From Epiperipatus broadwayi (Eukaryota > Animalia > Onychophora): DNA of 64,000 nucleotides. Of the stretch, positions 11,142 to 21,715 are shown piece by piece; positions within the stretch are counted from its first letter, which is position 1, and the number at the start of each line of letters is the position of its first letter. The position numbers were made by a program, and so were the translations under genes. The DNA lies in contig JAQFVV010000005.1 of NCBI GenBank assembly GCA_028023455.1, positions 13,454,001 through 13,518,000 of the forward strand, given 5' to 3'. The notes under the pieces were generated by a model. The model was not told the DNA's origin. It worked only from the letters and a program-made list of their open reading frames with translations, and made no database searches.

Positions 11142-13566
11142 GGTAGTCACGTATTTACTTGCTATGATGTCATTACACTCAACATTGTTTCTGCTGGTAA
11201 GCATCGTAGGAAGATTACATGAATGTTGTCAATGGCAACAAAGACACTGACATGACTAATCAATCCATGGGAACAGTGATCGTTGTGATGTGCGTGATTT
11301 GACTTTTTTTTTTGAGTATCGTGAGCCGCGAGATTTAAAAAGTGAATTTTTCCAATTGCAGTGATTTTTTTGCCGGGTGACACAAATTTTAGTCACATAT
11401 TTACCTTGTTATGATGTCATTATGCTCAACAATGTTTCTGCCGGTAAGTGTCATTGGAACATTACATGAACATTGTCATGGCAATAAAGATACTGACATG
11501 ACTAATCCACGGGAACAATGATGGTTGTGACCCACATGATTTGATTTTTTGACCTGCGAGATTTTGATTTTTTTTGAGCATCGTGACCCACGAGATTTAA
11601 AAAGTGGATTTTTTCCAATTGCAGTAATTTTTTTGCCAGCATGTGACACATTAATTTTTCAATGATTTTTTAGTAAAAAAAAAACATTAATTTATAAGTG
11701 ATTTTTTTCAGTTTTGAACAATTGTAAGTAATTTACATGTTATTTTTTCTACGATATTAAGTGGATTTATTTTATATTTTATTAATTTTTCCGGATTTTC
11801 CATTTTTAGACATTAATTTAGATATGGCTAATGCTGAAACAAAAGATCTTAAGTTGTGAGATCTACCAAAATATGAAGAAGAAGCACTAACTTTCTTCCA
11901 ACATGGAATTTTACATTATATGAAAATATGTGAAAACAGCCATGAGATGAAAAAATATATACATAATACAGAAAAGCAATGGCATTGCAATTTGAAAGAT
12001 TGTTTAAAAAACTCCAATAAGAAAAGGCACATGGTTTGAAGGTTCCAGAATTAGTTTCGTAATGGCTCTACGGTTTATATGTAGTTGGTCCAGATAATTA
12101 TTAACATCTATCATATTTTGTGCAGATCAGTTGAAAATGGAGGACAAGACTGTCATTGACTGGAACAACTATCTCCATGAAGTATGTAAGTAGAAGCTAT
12201 TAAGTAAGGAAACACAGAAAATCGGAGGCCCAAACAAAATTGTGGAAATAGTTGAAACTCTATTCTCCAAGTGTAAGAACAACACCGGCAGAGTACTTCC
12301 ACAGCAATGGATATTTGGCAGTTTCTGCAGACAGATGAATGTTTCATAATAGCCATTGAAGATAGAAGCGCATCCACTGTCAGGCGAGCCACTTTAGAGA
12401 ATGTGCACCAAGACTCTACCATTTATAGTGATTGCTGGAAAGAATACAAAAGACTTGGAGGCTGGATATGAGCACCATCGAGTGAACCATTTATAATTTT
12501 GTAGACCCTACAACCAGTGTTCACACACAAATTATTGAAAGGTTGTGGAGTTTAGTGAAACAGAAAAATAAAAAGCACAGAGGAACAGCACGTCAACACT
12601 TAGATTCCTATTTAATGGAGTTTATGTGAAGGAATTTATACAAAGATGATCTTTTTGGTGCAATTTTACAACATATAGGACAGTTCAGTCCACTGCAGTG
12701 ATCGTTATTTGGGTAAGTATGCATTTTGTAATGATATTTGTCTTGCATTTTCCTTGTAAATCATAGTTATTTCCACTAAAAAAAAACATAATTTTATATA
12801 GTACTTTTAATATGACAGAATTATTATTTGTAGACTTGCAGTTATATTAATAAGAAAAAAGATACCATTTTCCCTTTATGAGAAGTTTTTTTTAAAAAAA
12901 TTATCATTCTTTCAAAATTTCCTTTTAAGATGTTTAGTACCTTTATTTGTAGACTCGCAGTTATATTAATAAGAAAAAAGCCATCATTTACACTTTATGA
13001 GAGGTTTTATTTTTAAAAAAATAATCATTCTTTCAAAATTTCTTTGTTAAATGTTTAGTACCTTCTATGTCCTATTTATTAATTGTTTATAGTGATATTT
13101 ATCTTGCATTTTCCTATTTTGCATCCAATTATGGTAAATTATTAATAATGTATATAGTACTTTTAACATTTTCTTATTATTATTTGTAACCTCACAGTTT
13201 TCACTTTGAGGTTTTTTCTTTAAAAAAATATTAGTACCTTCTACGTCTTATTTATTAATTTTGTAGTGATATTTATCTTGCATTTTACTATAATGTATAT
13301 AGTACTATTATTATTTGTAGACTCCTATTTTGCAATCTATTACTTTTTTTTTCAGGATGGTGCCGATATCTCTGTACCACATGGCTTCTTCATATTTACC
13401 TTGCTATGACGTATTACCCTACGTAATGTCTCCACGTGATATGTAGACAAATTTTAGCGATTAACTTTGTCCGCAAATCACTAGGTGACATTATCTTAAA
13501 GGTCGAAAGACTAGAGTATTATGCCTTCGGGGTAACACGTCATAGCAAGGTAAATATGTGACTACC
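11142..13566 (+). mobile_element. Merlin DNA transposon copy 2, complete with TIRs and 8-bp TSD
   Basis: Left TIR ggtagtcacgtatttac-ttgctatga; right end reverse complement ggtagtcacatatttaccttgctatga. Flanks atattatt / atataatt (1 mismatch). The left ~250 bp is tandemly duplicated (11142-11390, 11391-11650). Subterminal ~125-bp repeats at 12820-13330. Confidence 0.88.
11824..12701 (+). pseudogene. Merlin transposase pseudogene (multiple stops and frameshifts)
   Basis: Homologous throughout to 1485-2373: KIGGPNKIVEIVETLFSKCKNNTGRVLPQQWIFGSFC, STIYSDCWK, FVDPT..VHTQIIERLWSLVK, YLMEFM. Confidence 0.88.
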
Positions 13567-13835
13567 ATATAATTAATATTAGAATAAATAGAGCAGTAAT
13601 TTTATTTATGTTCTGAAGAAAAATTATTTAAAAAAGGAATTAATAATATAAGAGAGGAAGGTTTAAAAAATGATTATCCTGTAAAAATTATGGACAAATT
13701 ATGTGATAAAAAATATTACATAAACAATAAGAAAGAGGAATAATAATATTAAGAATATTATGTATAGTAGTTATAATGTTTCAAAAGATACATTTTTTAA
13801 AATTAAAAAGATAATGAAAGATATAAATAATAAGT

Positions 13836-14366
13836 GGTACTTTGGTATTAACTATGCTATGACATACTACACTGAAAGCATACTATTCTAATCTTCCAAT
13901 CTTTAAGATAACATCTCCAAGTGATTTACGAACAAACTTAATCGATAAAGTTTGCCCACAGATCACGTGGAGAAATCACCTTGAATATCGCAAGATTAGA
14001 ATAGTATGCCTTTGGGTAGTACGTCATAGCAGAGTTAATACCAAAGGAGACATAGAACGTCGCCATGTTGGCCATTCTGTGCCCTGAAACAAAGAAATGA
14101 AATAACTAATAATTTACTACAATAAAAAATTATAAAAAATGAATATTATAAATAATCGTTCGAATTTTTAATGATATTTAACTAATCATTTGGCCCTTAA
14201 AAAAAGAAATAAAATAATCATTACAATTTTTAATGATATTTAAGTAATCATTTGGCCCTGAAACAAAGAAATGAACTAATCATTACAATTTTTAATGATA
14301 TTTAACTAATCATTTGGCCTGAAACAAAGAAAAAGAACTAACAATTTACTCCACTAAAAAATGAAA
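13836..14366 (+). mobile_element. Left end of a third Merlin-related element: ~200-bp terminal palindrome (13840-14046) plus 62-bp tandem repeats
   Basis: Starts GGTACTTTGGTATTAAC. Aligns with the reverse complement of the right end of copy 2 (shared ctatgac, gcata, tttaagataa, agtgattt, atcacgtggaga). aatgatatttaactaatcatttggccc.. occurs three times at 14170-14345. Confidence 0.65.
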
Positions 14367-14929
14367 GGTTGTCGTCGATGAGCCACCATATCCCATTGGA
14401 TGGCGGTGTTTTCACGCTAAAACACATAAAAATGCCATTTCCGCGGCCGACACGTTCGAACCCGCGTTTTCTATAATACAACTTTTTTGTTGTACTACAG
14501 CATGTATGTTTATGCAGCAAATATATTTTCCCAATTCGCACAGTTTATAAAATGGTTACGGATTGGGGAGAGGGTGTGTTTTTTTGAATTGGATGGAAAT
14601 GTTATTTTCATTGGATTTTTTTTTATTTTAAAGTATTGAAATGTTCAGATTTTGTAAAGTAATAATTAACAGACTTTTTACACCGTAGTGTATTGAAGTT
14701 TTAAGTAGTAAATGTTGATGAGATATATGTATAAAGTGAATTGGAATTAGGTAACGTGTCAAGTAACGTACTGTTCGTAACATTTCCATGAAACATTTTA
14801 AGATTGTACCGTGTGTATATTTTGAAATAAAAAAGAGCGTTAACACAAAAATATCCAGTAAGAAAAGTACAATTGTACACTGTTTTTTTAAATGTCATAA
14901 AAAGCATATATTATACACATTTTATATAT
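14367..14929 (+). mobile_element. Left end of another Merlin-like element running into the assembly gap
   Basis: Starts GGTTGTCGTCG, with ccattggatggcg at +26 as in the other GGTTGT ends. The ttttcacgctaaaac block is shared with ~20060. Confidence 0.5.
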
Positions 14930-15429
14930 NNNNNNNNNNNNNNNNNNNNNNNNNNNNNNNNNNNNNNNNNNNNNNNNNNNNNNNNNNNNNNNNNNNNNNN
15001 NNNNNNNNNNNNNNNNNNNNNNNNNNNNNNNNNNNNNNNNNNNNNNNNNNNNNNNNNNNNNNNNNNNNNNNNNNNNNNNNNNNNNNNNNNNNNNNNNNNN
15101 NNNNNNNNNNNNNNNNNNNNNNNNNNNNNNNNNNNNNNNNNNNNNNNNNNNNNNNNNNNNNNNNNNNNNNNNNNNNNNNNNNNNNNNNNNNNNNNNNNNN
15201 NNNNNNNNNNNNNNNNNNNNNNNNNNNNNNNNNNNNNNNNNNNNNNNNNNNNNNNNNNNNNNNNNNNNNNNNNNNNNNNNNNNNNNNNNNNNNNNNNNNN
15301 NNNNNNNNNNNNNNNNNNNNNNNNNNNNNNNNNNNNNNNNNNNNNNNNNNNNNNNNNNNNNNNNNNNNNNNNNNNNNNNNNNNNNNNNNNNNNNNNNNNN
15401 NNNNNNNNNNNNNNNNNNNNNNNNNNNNN
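14930..15429. other. Assembly gap (500 N)
   Basis: Run of N; the ORFs spanning it are artefacts. Confidence 1.
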
Positions 15430-16042
15430 TTCAACAATTTGAAAATTGACAACTATATGAAGGACAGAGTTTTTTAATTAAGCAGAACTACTAACAAATA
15501 TACTTGGGTAATTAACGGATTTTCATTTTATTAATTCCATGCCATATATATTTTTACATAAAGAGCTTTTTATTTAGTCTATTTTTGATGTAAAAAAAAA
15601 AAATTCATATTTTATTTCATGCATTTTGGTATTGAAAATTATACTAAAACTCCATCATTCCTTTTTTTATTATATCTTCATTCCAGTATTTAAAAACTTA
15701 CATAATGTAAATGCTGGAACTCACGGAGTTTATTAAATGTTTACAAGGTAACTCTAAAATTGGGACAAATTATTGTTGATGATGATCAAGTGTTGATAAT
15801 TTCTTGTAACATTGTTGCCTACTTAATAGTATATTTAATATATGTACTTATAAAGCCTTTTTTTTCCAATTTCTATATACAGTACAAACTTTTTAAATAA
15901 ATATTTCTGTTCAGCTTAGCTTTTGTTAAAGAAACATTTGATACATTTTTTTTATTTTAATTTTGATATTTTTAGTCAGATAATTAGTCCAATGTAAAAA
16001 CTTACATTATTCTATTAATAATTGCTATTTATTTATTTTTTC

Positions 16043-19000
16043 TCAATAATATATTTGTACTTTGAAATTCTTCAGCTTAAAGATGAAAAAAATGATTGAA
16101 TCATTATTTTGCACAAGTGTAAATTTAATCGTGTCATTATTTAATTTCATAAGATTAAAAAAAAAAAAAAAGACAGAAATCCAAAAAATAAAGTTAAAGA
16201 CGAGTTTTGTGGTAGTTTTACAAATCTGTCTGTGAAACATACTAATCTTTTTGTATGTCATTGTGATAGTTGTCTTCTGCTGCAAATTATTTTTTGAAAG
16301 ACTTAACCTTATATTTGATATTTTTCCATTAAAAGAAATCATTGCAAATTCTGCAGTCTTTATGATGTAAGTGGGGTTTGCTATTCCCACGAAATATACT
16401 CAAATTAATATTTTTTTTTTTTAGGCAACACTTAACATGCCCAATATAACACAAATTTATATTCACAATAATAGATTCAGTAGTATCATATATTTGACAA
16501 TTTATTGATAAATTCTTCTTATCATGCATTAAACTGGAAATAAGTTTTTTTAATTAGATTTAATTAAGGTGTCTTTTAACTTGTTAAATGCAACAGTAGC
16601 ATGTTAGATCTATGATGTTCCTAAAGATCCAAGTCTGTCTTTTTGCTTAAAAATCTAGATAGTTTAATCGATTCATATTCTTAAACTGATAATCATTTAA
16701 ACTAAAAAGTTGCTCAAATTTTTTCTTCTATCACTGCCTGATAAACAGTAATCACAAAGATTTTATCGGTTGAACTTTCAAAGCACTTAAGACTATTCTG
16801 TGGATTGTTATTTGAATTAACAAGAATAACACAAATTGTAAGCATATTCTAAAAGTGAAAAAAGATGTTTTTATATATAATTAGATTAAAAACTCCAGCC
16901 TATATCTTGAAGGCATTTATAAACTGTTCCAAAAACCACTCTTAAAAATGGAAAAGATTGGAGCGAATACAAATCCGTTTAATAAGCTTTCTATTTCTGA
17001 TTTTTTCACTGACAGTAATAATCTTTCTCTTCATTCCACCATGTAGAAAATATAAAAATATTTCTATGGATAACTAGATAATTTCAAACACAAACTTTTT
17101 TGAGTCAAAGGCCAAACTGAGAAAGGCAATGTCTAAATCACATCTTTGTTTTTGACACTTTTCTTGTATTTGTTTGGCAACAGAAGCTATATCTAATGCT
17201 TGATTCTTTAAAATCTCATAGAAACCGGTTAACCATTTATCTATAACTAGAAACCTACTTAACAAAACCTTTGAAAATATTTTTGATATTTGGATAACCA
17301 AGACATTACACAATATTTACTAGTCTTTTATTTCTTATAAATTAAAATAATAAAAACATTCTTACGGTTAGATGGCACAATTTAATGAATCTATTATATC
17401 CTAAAAAATAATTTTGATGTTAATATTTTATCATCATAGTTTAAATCTTTTCTAATTATCTCTATTAGAACTAATAGTTTTCATTTTTAAGTCATATAAT
17501 TCAAATTTATATGATACATCTTTAAAGCCATTATTTACCACAGCATTTTTTAAATCACCCATAACATTAAAAAAATAAACTATTTCTAAATGTATAATTT
17601 ATTAATCTCAAAAGATTATGAACAAAAATATCTTAAAAGTGAAGAAAGTATTCTGCAATTATAAATAATTATAGAGATATTTATTCAAAGAAACACTCAC
17701 TAAACTATTTGAAAATGTTAGAGAATGAATTAACTGAAAATCTAACATATTTTCAAATGTTGTAGCTACTTTTTTAACAAGTATAATCTGTGATGAAGAA
17801 TTGACCTTTTATAACAATCAAATATGATCTGTGCTACCCAAGACATTGTTTCATACCAAGTATGAAAAGCTTAATAGTTATCAATTTGAACAAAATTGTA
17901 TACGATTCCAGCATTTGTTCATTGAAGAGACTACATGCTATAGCAAAGAGTTATATCTCATCCATTGATTATTACTTTATTAAGTAATTAGACAATTTGA
18001 GAGAGAAAAAAAGTAAATGCCAGAGTGAAAATTAAGAAAGCTTAAAGGAATACTTAGGATTTAAAACTGAAAAGTGTTCGATATAGGCCATCTACAGATT
18101 TAGAAATCTATGCTTGAAAAAATATTTAAAAAATATATACAATGGAATGCCACTTGCATGGCAGTAATCTAATGAACTATATTGAGATGCCAACATGTAT
18201 AGTACAAATCAGATTAATGAATTGTAATTTTAAATGTAAAAGGAAAGTTAAATTGCATTTCATAGTATGTTTTGATAGCTATTGCAAATGGAACATCAGT
18301 TGAATATCCATTACATTTTCAAGATTTTTATTTTTTAATTAAACTCACTTCTCACCTCAACTCCATCTTATAAAATCCACCCAGCAATAAACAGATTAAT
18401 CTATTTCATTATGCATGTATTTCTTAACTTTCAGTCTTCAGGTGAGCTATAGGCATTTTCTGCGTCCTGAGCTTATTTACAAAGATAAACTTATTCCAAT
18501 CAAAACACAGGCAGAACTTTGACAGAAGTTGTATGAGACCCAATAAAATCTGTCAGATGAATGAAGCAGGAATATGAACTAGTTTTTCCTAGAAGAAAAA
18601 CAATTATTTCTTTCATTTAGTATAGCATGTAATTGGATATCACAAGTTGACTGATGTCAAAGTACCATGTTTTAGGTCTTAAATTATCTGATAAGAATTC
18701 AGAAATTTAAATGTGTCATAGCTTTCAAATATGAAGCTATTAGCTGTATTTCATAATGAGTACATGTATTTGCAATAGTTAAATCAAAATCCCATTGCAC
18801 AGAAGGCTTTTTTTAAAAATCAACTTTATCAATAAGCAAGATAATATTGAGGCTAAATTATTTTGTAATTTCATATGGAAATGAAAATATATGTAGGAAT
18901 TTTTTCCTCATTGTTTAATATATAAAAAATGATTTCAAATGTACAAAACATTTACATGAAACCTAAAATTCTCACAATGACAAGTTATTTTAATAATTGT

Positions 19001-19617
19001 TTTAAATAAATAAATACTATGAAAGTTATTTTCAATTTTTTGGGTTTTTTTTTTTATCAGTACAACTCCTATCTAATCTTCACCATATTGGACCTACCCC
19101 TTTTCACTATACATACTATATGCGAACAATATGTTCTTCATGTGAACTAAAGATATCAATACTTAATACACCCATGCTGACAGCTCCATAACTTATACCA
19201 CTTTCTCAAGATGACTGCCTTGCAAACAAGTAAAAACAAAATATTTCCAATGTGAATCTTAAAACTCTTAGAATTTTTAATAAAGTTTTCCCTTTTGTTA
19301 TAAATATAAAAATATAATTAACTGAAATTGTTCATCTGCAATTAATCGATTTACTAGAAACCAAAATATATAATGGTTCACTTGTTGACGCTTTCATTTA
19401 TTTTGTAAATGAAAGGTTTTGCAGCTTTCTCTAACTCCACTTCTGTAAGTACAAGAATTATTATAGATAAACTTAGCTCTTTTAAAATTCGATATATTGA
19501 TGAACACTTTACTATTATTTCGTTGTGACATAAAGCAATGCTGTTAGATGTAATTTTTGTATATATTCCTCCTGGACTTGCAATAATGAACAGGTTGATT
19601 CTCACATTACATTTCAT
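16043..19617 (-). pseudogene. Unidentified, heavily disrupted coding-like tract
   Basis: Protein-like minus-strand segments that switch frame, e.g. KLSLSIIILVLTEVELEKAAKPFIYK, KPSVQWDFDLTIANTCTHYEIQLIASYLKAM, SEFLSDNLRPKTWYFDISQLVISNYML, WYETMSWVAQIIFDCYKRS, SRFLVIDKWLTGFYEILKNQALDIASVAK. No family recognised and no consistent splice model found. Confidence 0.3.
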
Positions 19618-19619
19618 GC

Positions 19620-20019
19620 TTGGCTTCTATCCATGCATACTTATGGGCGATTTTAATTTGTCATATGAAAAAAATTGTTAAAAAGTCTGGTTACATCTTT
19701 CATTCCCTCTGATGAGTGGGGAAGGTTTTTTGCCAAATGGTACCATTTTATTTAACAATGGAAGGCATTCTTCACTAATTGATCTCGTTTTATTCCCCAT
19801 CAATTCACCTTATTAATCTAGAAATTATAAATGCATCTTTTCCAAACCATGCCGCACTTATCAATAAAATTGATGTTGATTTCAACAAAAAAAATTTAAT
19901 AACCACTGGACATACTATTAGAATATGACTACCATCTAGAATACTTGAATTTTTGTTTTCAGAAATTTATGATTCACCATATTTCCAGAGCCACACCATC
20001 ATAGACTAATGGATAAAAT
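19620..20019 (+). mobile_element. LINE APE-endonuclease fragment
   Basis: LMGDFNL (~19643) and SLIDLVLF (~19771) at spacing typical of APE domains. Confidence 0.5.
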
Positions 20020-20620
20020 GGTGCTTGTCTTATAGATAAAGACGTCGTTCGATGGTGCCATTTTCACGCTAAAACTATAAAATATGATCATTCCCGGCCC
20101 GTTAATTATAATCATTTTGATGTGTTTTTTGTAATGCGAAAAAAAAAAAAGAAAATCGTCTTTTTTAAATATTATTTTTTATTAACATATACAAATTAAA
20201 TGATAATAATAAATGTAAAATAAAATAAACAAATTACAATTTGATTCATGTTTTTTAGTTTGCTTTATTAGAACAATCAATTTTCTATCGGAGATTTTTT
20301 TACTGGGGTTACGGCTTTTTTTTTTCGTTTAAAAACTCATAATTGGAATAAAAAGTAAAATTTCTTAGTCTTTTATATTTTATTTCTACAGAGAAACGGA
20401 TATTGTGTTATCGCTATTTTTTGCTTTTTTAGTCTTTGTTTTAAATTTTTTTACAGACAAACAGATATTACCACTATTTTTTATTTCAAATAGAATGACA
20501 ACAAAAAGTAAAAGTTGTTACGGTTAGGTTTACATTTAGTGTTCTGTTTGTAATGCTAAAATAAAAAATATCAAAATCGTATTTTTGTAAATATTTTTTT
20601 TTACTAACATCTATAAATAA
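20020..20620 (+). mobile_element. Probable Merlin-like end fragment
   Basis: GG start at 20020, then gatggtgccattttcacgctaaaactata..tcccggccg, similar to 14399-14450. No right TIR found. Confidence 0.4.
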
Positions 20621-20890
20621 TATTATTTTTATAAAGTGCAGTCGATATTGAAATAATTGAGAGAGCGCAAATCTCTCAAGCGCTTATGACTACAAACAGC
20701 CAATCAAATCTTAAGCACTGGGACAGAGAATTTTAATAAGAAAAGAGCGGTTCCACTCTTTTCTTTACTTGTCTGTCTATATATCCAAGCCAGTCCAAAG
20801 TACTTATATTTGAAAGCGTGAATTTTAAATATCATCACACTTAATTAACTGAATTCCAATTATAAACATACAGCATGAAATCTTTCGATT
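20621..20890. repeat. Unclassified ~270-bp interspersed repeat, copy 1
   Basis: Near-identical to 35111-35379. Contains hairpins ttgagaga/tctctcaa and aagaaaagag/ctcttttctt, and a cagccaatcaaat box. Confidence 0.85.
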
Positions 20891-21054
20891 TACTACGCAG
20901 TAGTTTTGAAAGAGAAAAATAGTCATTTCTTTGAGAAAAAAGATAACATTTTGAAGGCCTAGGTTGGAAAATGAGTAATTATAGTTTGATCGGTTTTAAT
21001 AAAGTCAAATATAGAATAAGTGGTTTGGGAAATAAGGAATATGGATTGCCTTTG

Positions 21055-21595
21055 TGTGGTCTGAAGGACAAGTTGGTTTAGGATTGCTTAAAATTTATTA
21101 TGTAAATAGTACTGTAAAAATAAAGGGATTCATAAATAAGTATAGAGTTGTATGACTAAATAATATTAGAAGTGTATAACTAAACAATATTGGAATTATT
21201 TAATGTAAGATATCATGTAGAAAAATAACAATATATGGTTTAAAGATTTAGGTAAAATTTACTTCCAAAATGCCTCACCTTATAAGGCGAAATTAGGGAT
21301 GAATCAAAACCCATAGGGACTAGTGAAGGGCTCAGTTAGCAACCATATAAGAAGAGGTATTTATGGAATGAGAGATGTTTTGTTTGAACTCCAGAAGTTG
21401 GGTATATAAATGGGATATAGAAGGAGAATCGGGACAATAAAATATTAGAGATTACAGTGGCCCTAACACAACTTTAAAAAAGTGCTTTACTGATGTATGT
21501 AACAGTTATGTAATTGAATTTTTCTGGAAATTAAACTAATATTTTAATTCACAGTATCTGTCTAAATTTCTCATTTGTTTGATGCACACACATCA
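21055..21595 (+). repeat. 5' LTR
   Basis: tgtggt...cacacatca, aligns end to end with 25783-26330. Confidence 0.9.
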
Positions 21596-21599
21596 AAGC

Positions 21600-21617
21600 T
21601 GGCGCAGTTGACAGGAT
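21600..21617 (+). promoter_or_regulatory. Primer-binding site, tRNA-Ser type
   Basis: tggcgcagttgacaggat, 4 nt after the LTR; resembles the complement of animal tRNA-Ser 3' ends (TGGCG[C/T]AGTCGGCAGGAT) with about 2 mismatches. Confidence 0.65.
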
Positions 21618-21715
21618 CACTGTTAGACAGATTTTGGGAACAGCAAACAAACATTAAACTTCAGTATTAAACCAAAAAAGGGAACTGCGACCGGAGATAA
21701 ATTCATGCATCGAAA

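Larger units (their letters stand above)
2904..13835 (+). mobile_element. Penelope-like retroelement PLE1 (RT pseudogene) in five pieces (~2904-3370, ~5500-5988, 10034-10244, 10662-11141, 13567-13835) separated by insertions
   Basis: Collinear PLE motifs: IINLTGKIFEKKEKEFL*KGLKYVPK (~3170); ARI*GVPKIHKTRIPLRPIINHV (~5830); KLDIYSTYTNI (~10120); LRIGNSLSGLLVSIIMNDF (~10770); TRYVNNYF (RYVDD equivalent, ~10870); CSEEKLFKKGINNIREEGLKNDYP (~13605). The frame resumes across the TSDs. No GIY-YIG seen (lost to insertion or gap). Confidence 0.85.

Noticed and set aside
12153-12422. Minus-strand 89-aa ORF and similar antisense ORFs (2209-2409, 22555-22863, 33099-33371, 55578-55859, 56177-56518)
   Set aside because: Antisense shadows of transposon coding regions.
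14788-15477. Long ORFs of 176-229 aa
   Set aside because: Artefacts of translating the 500-N gap.
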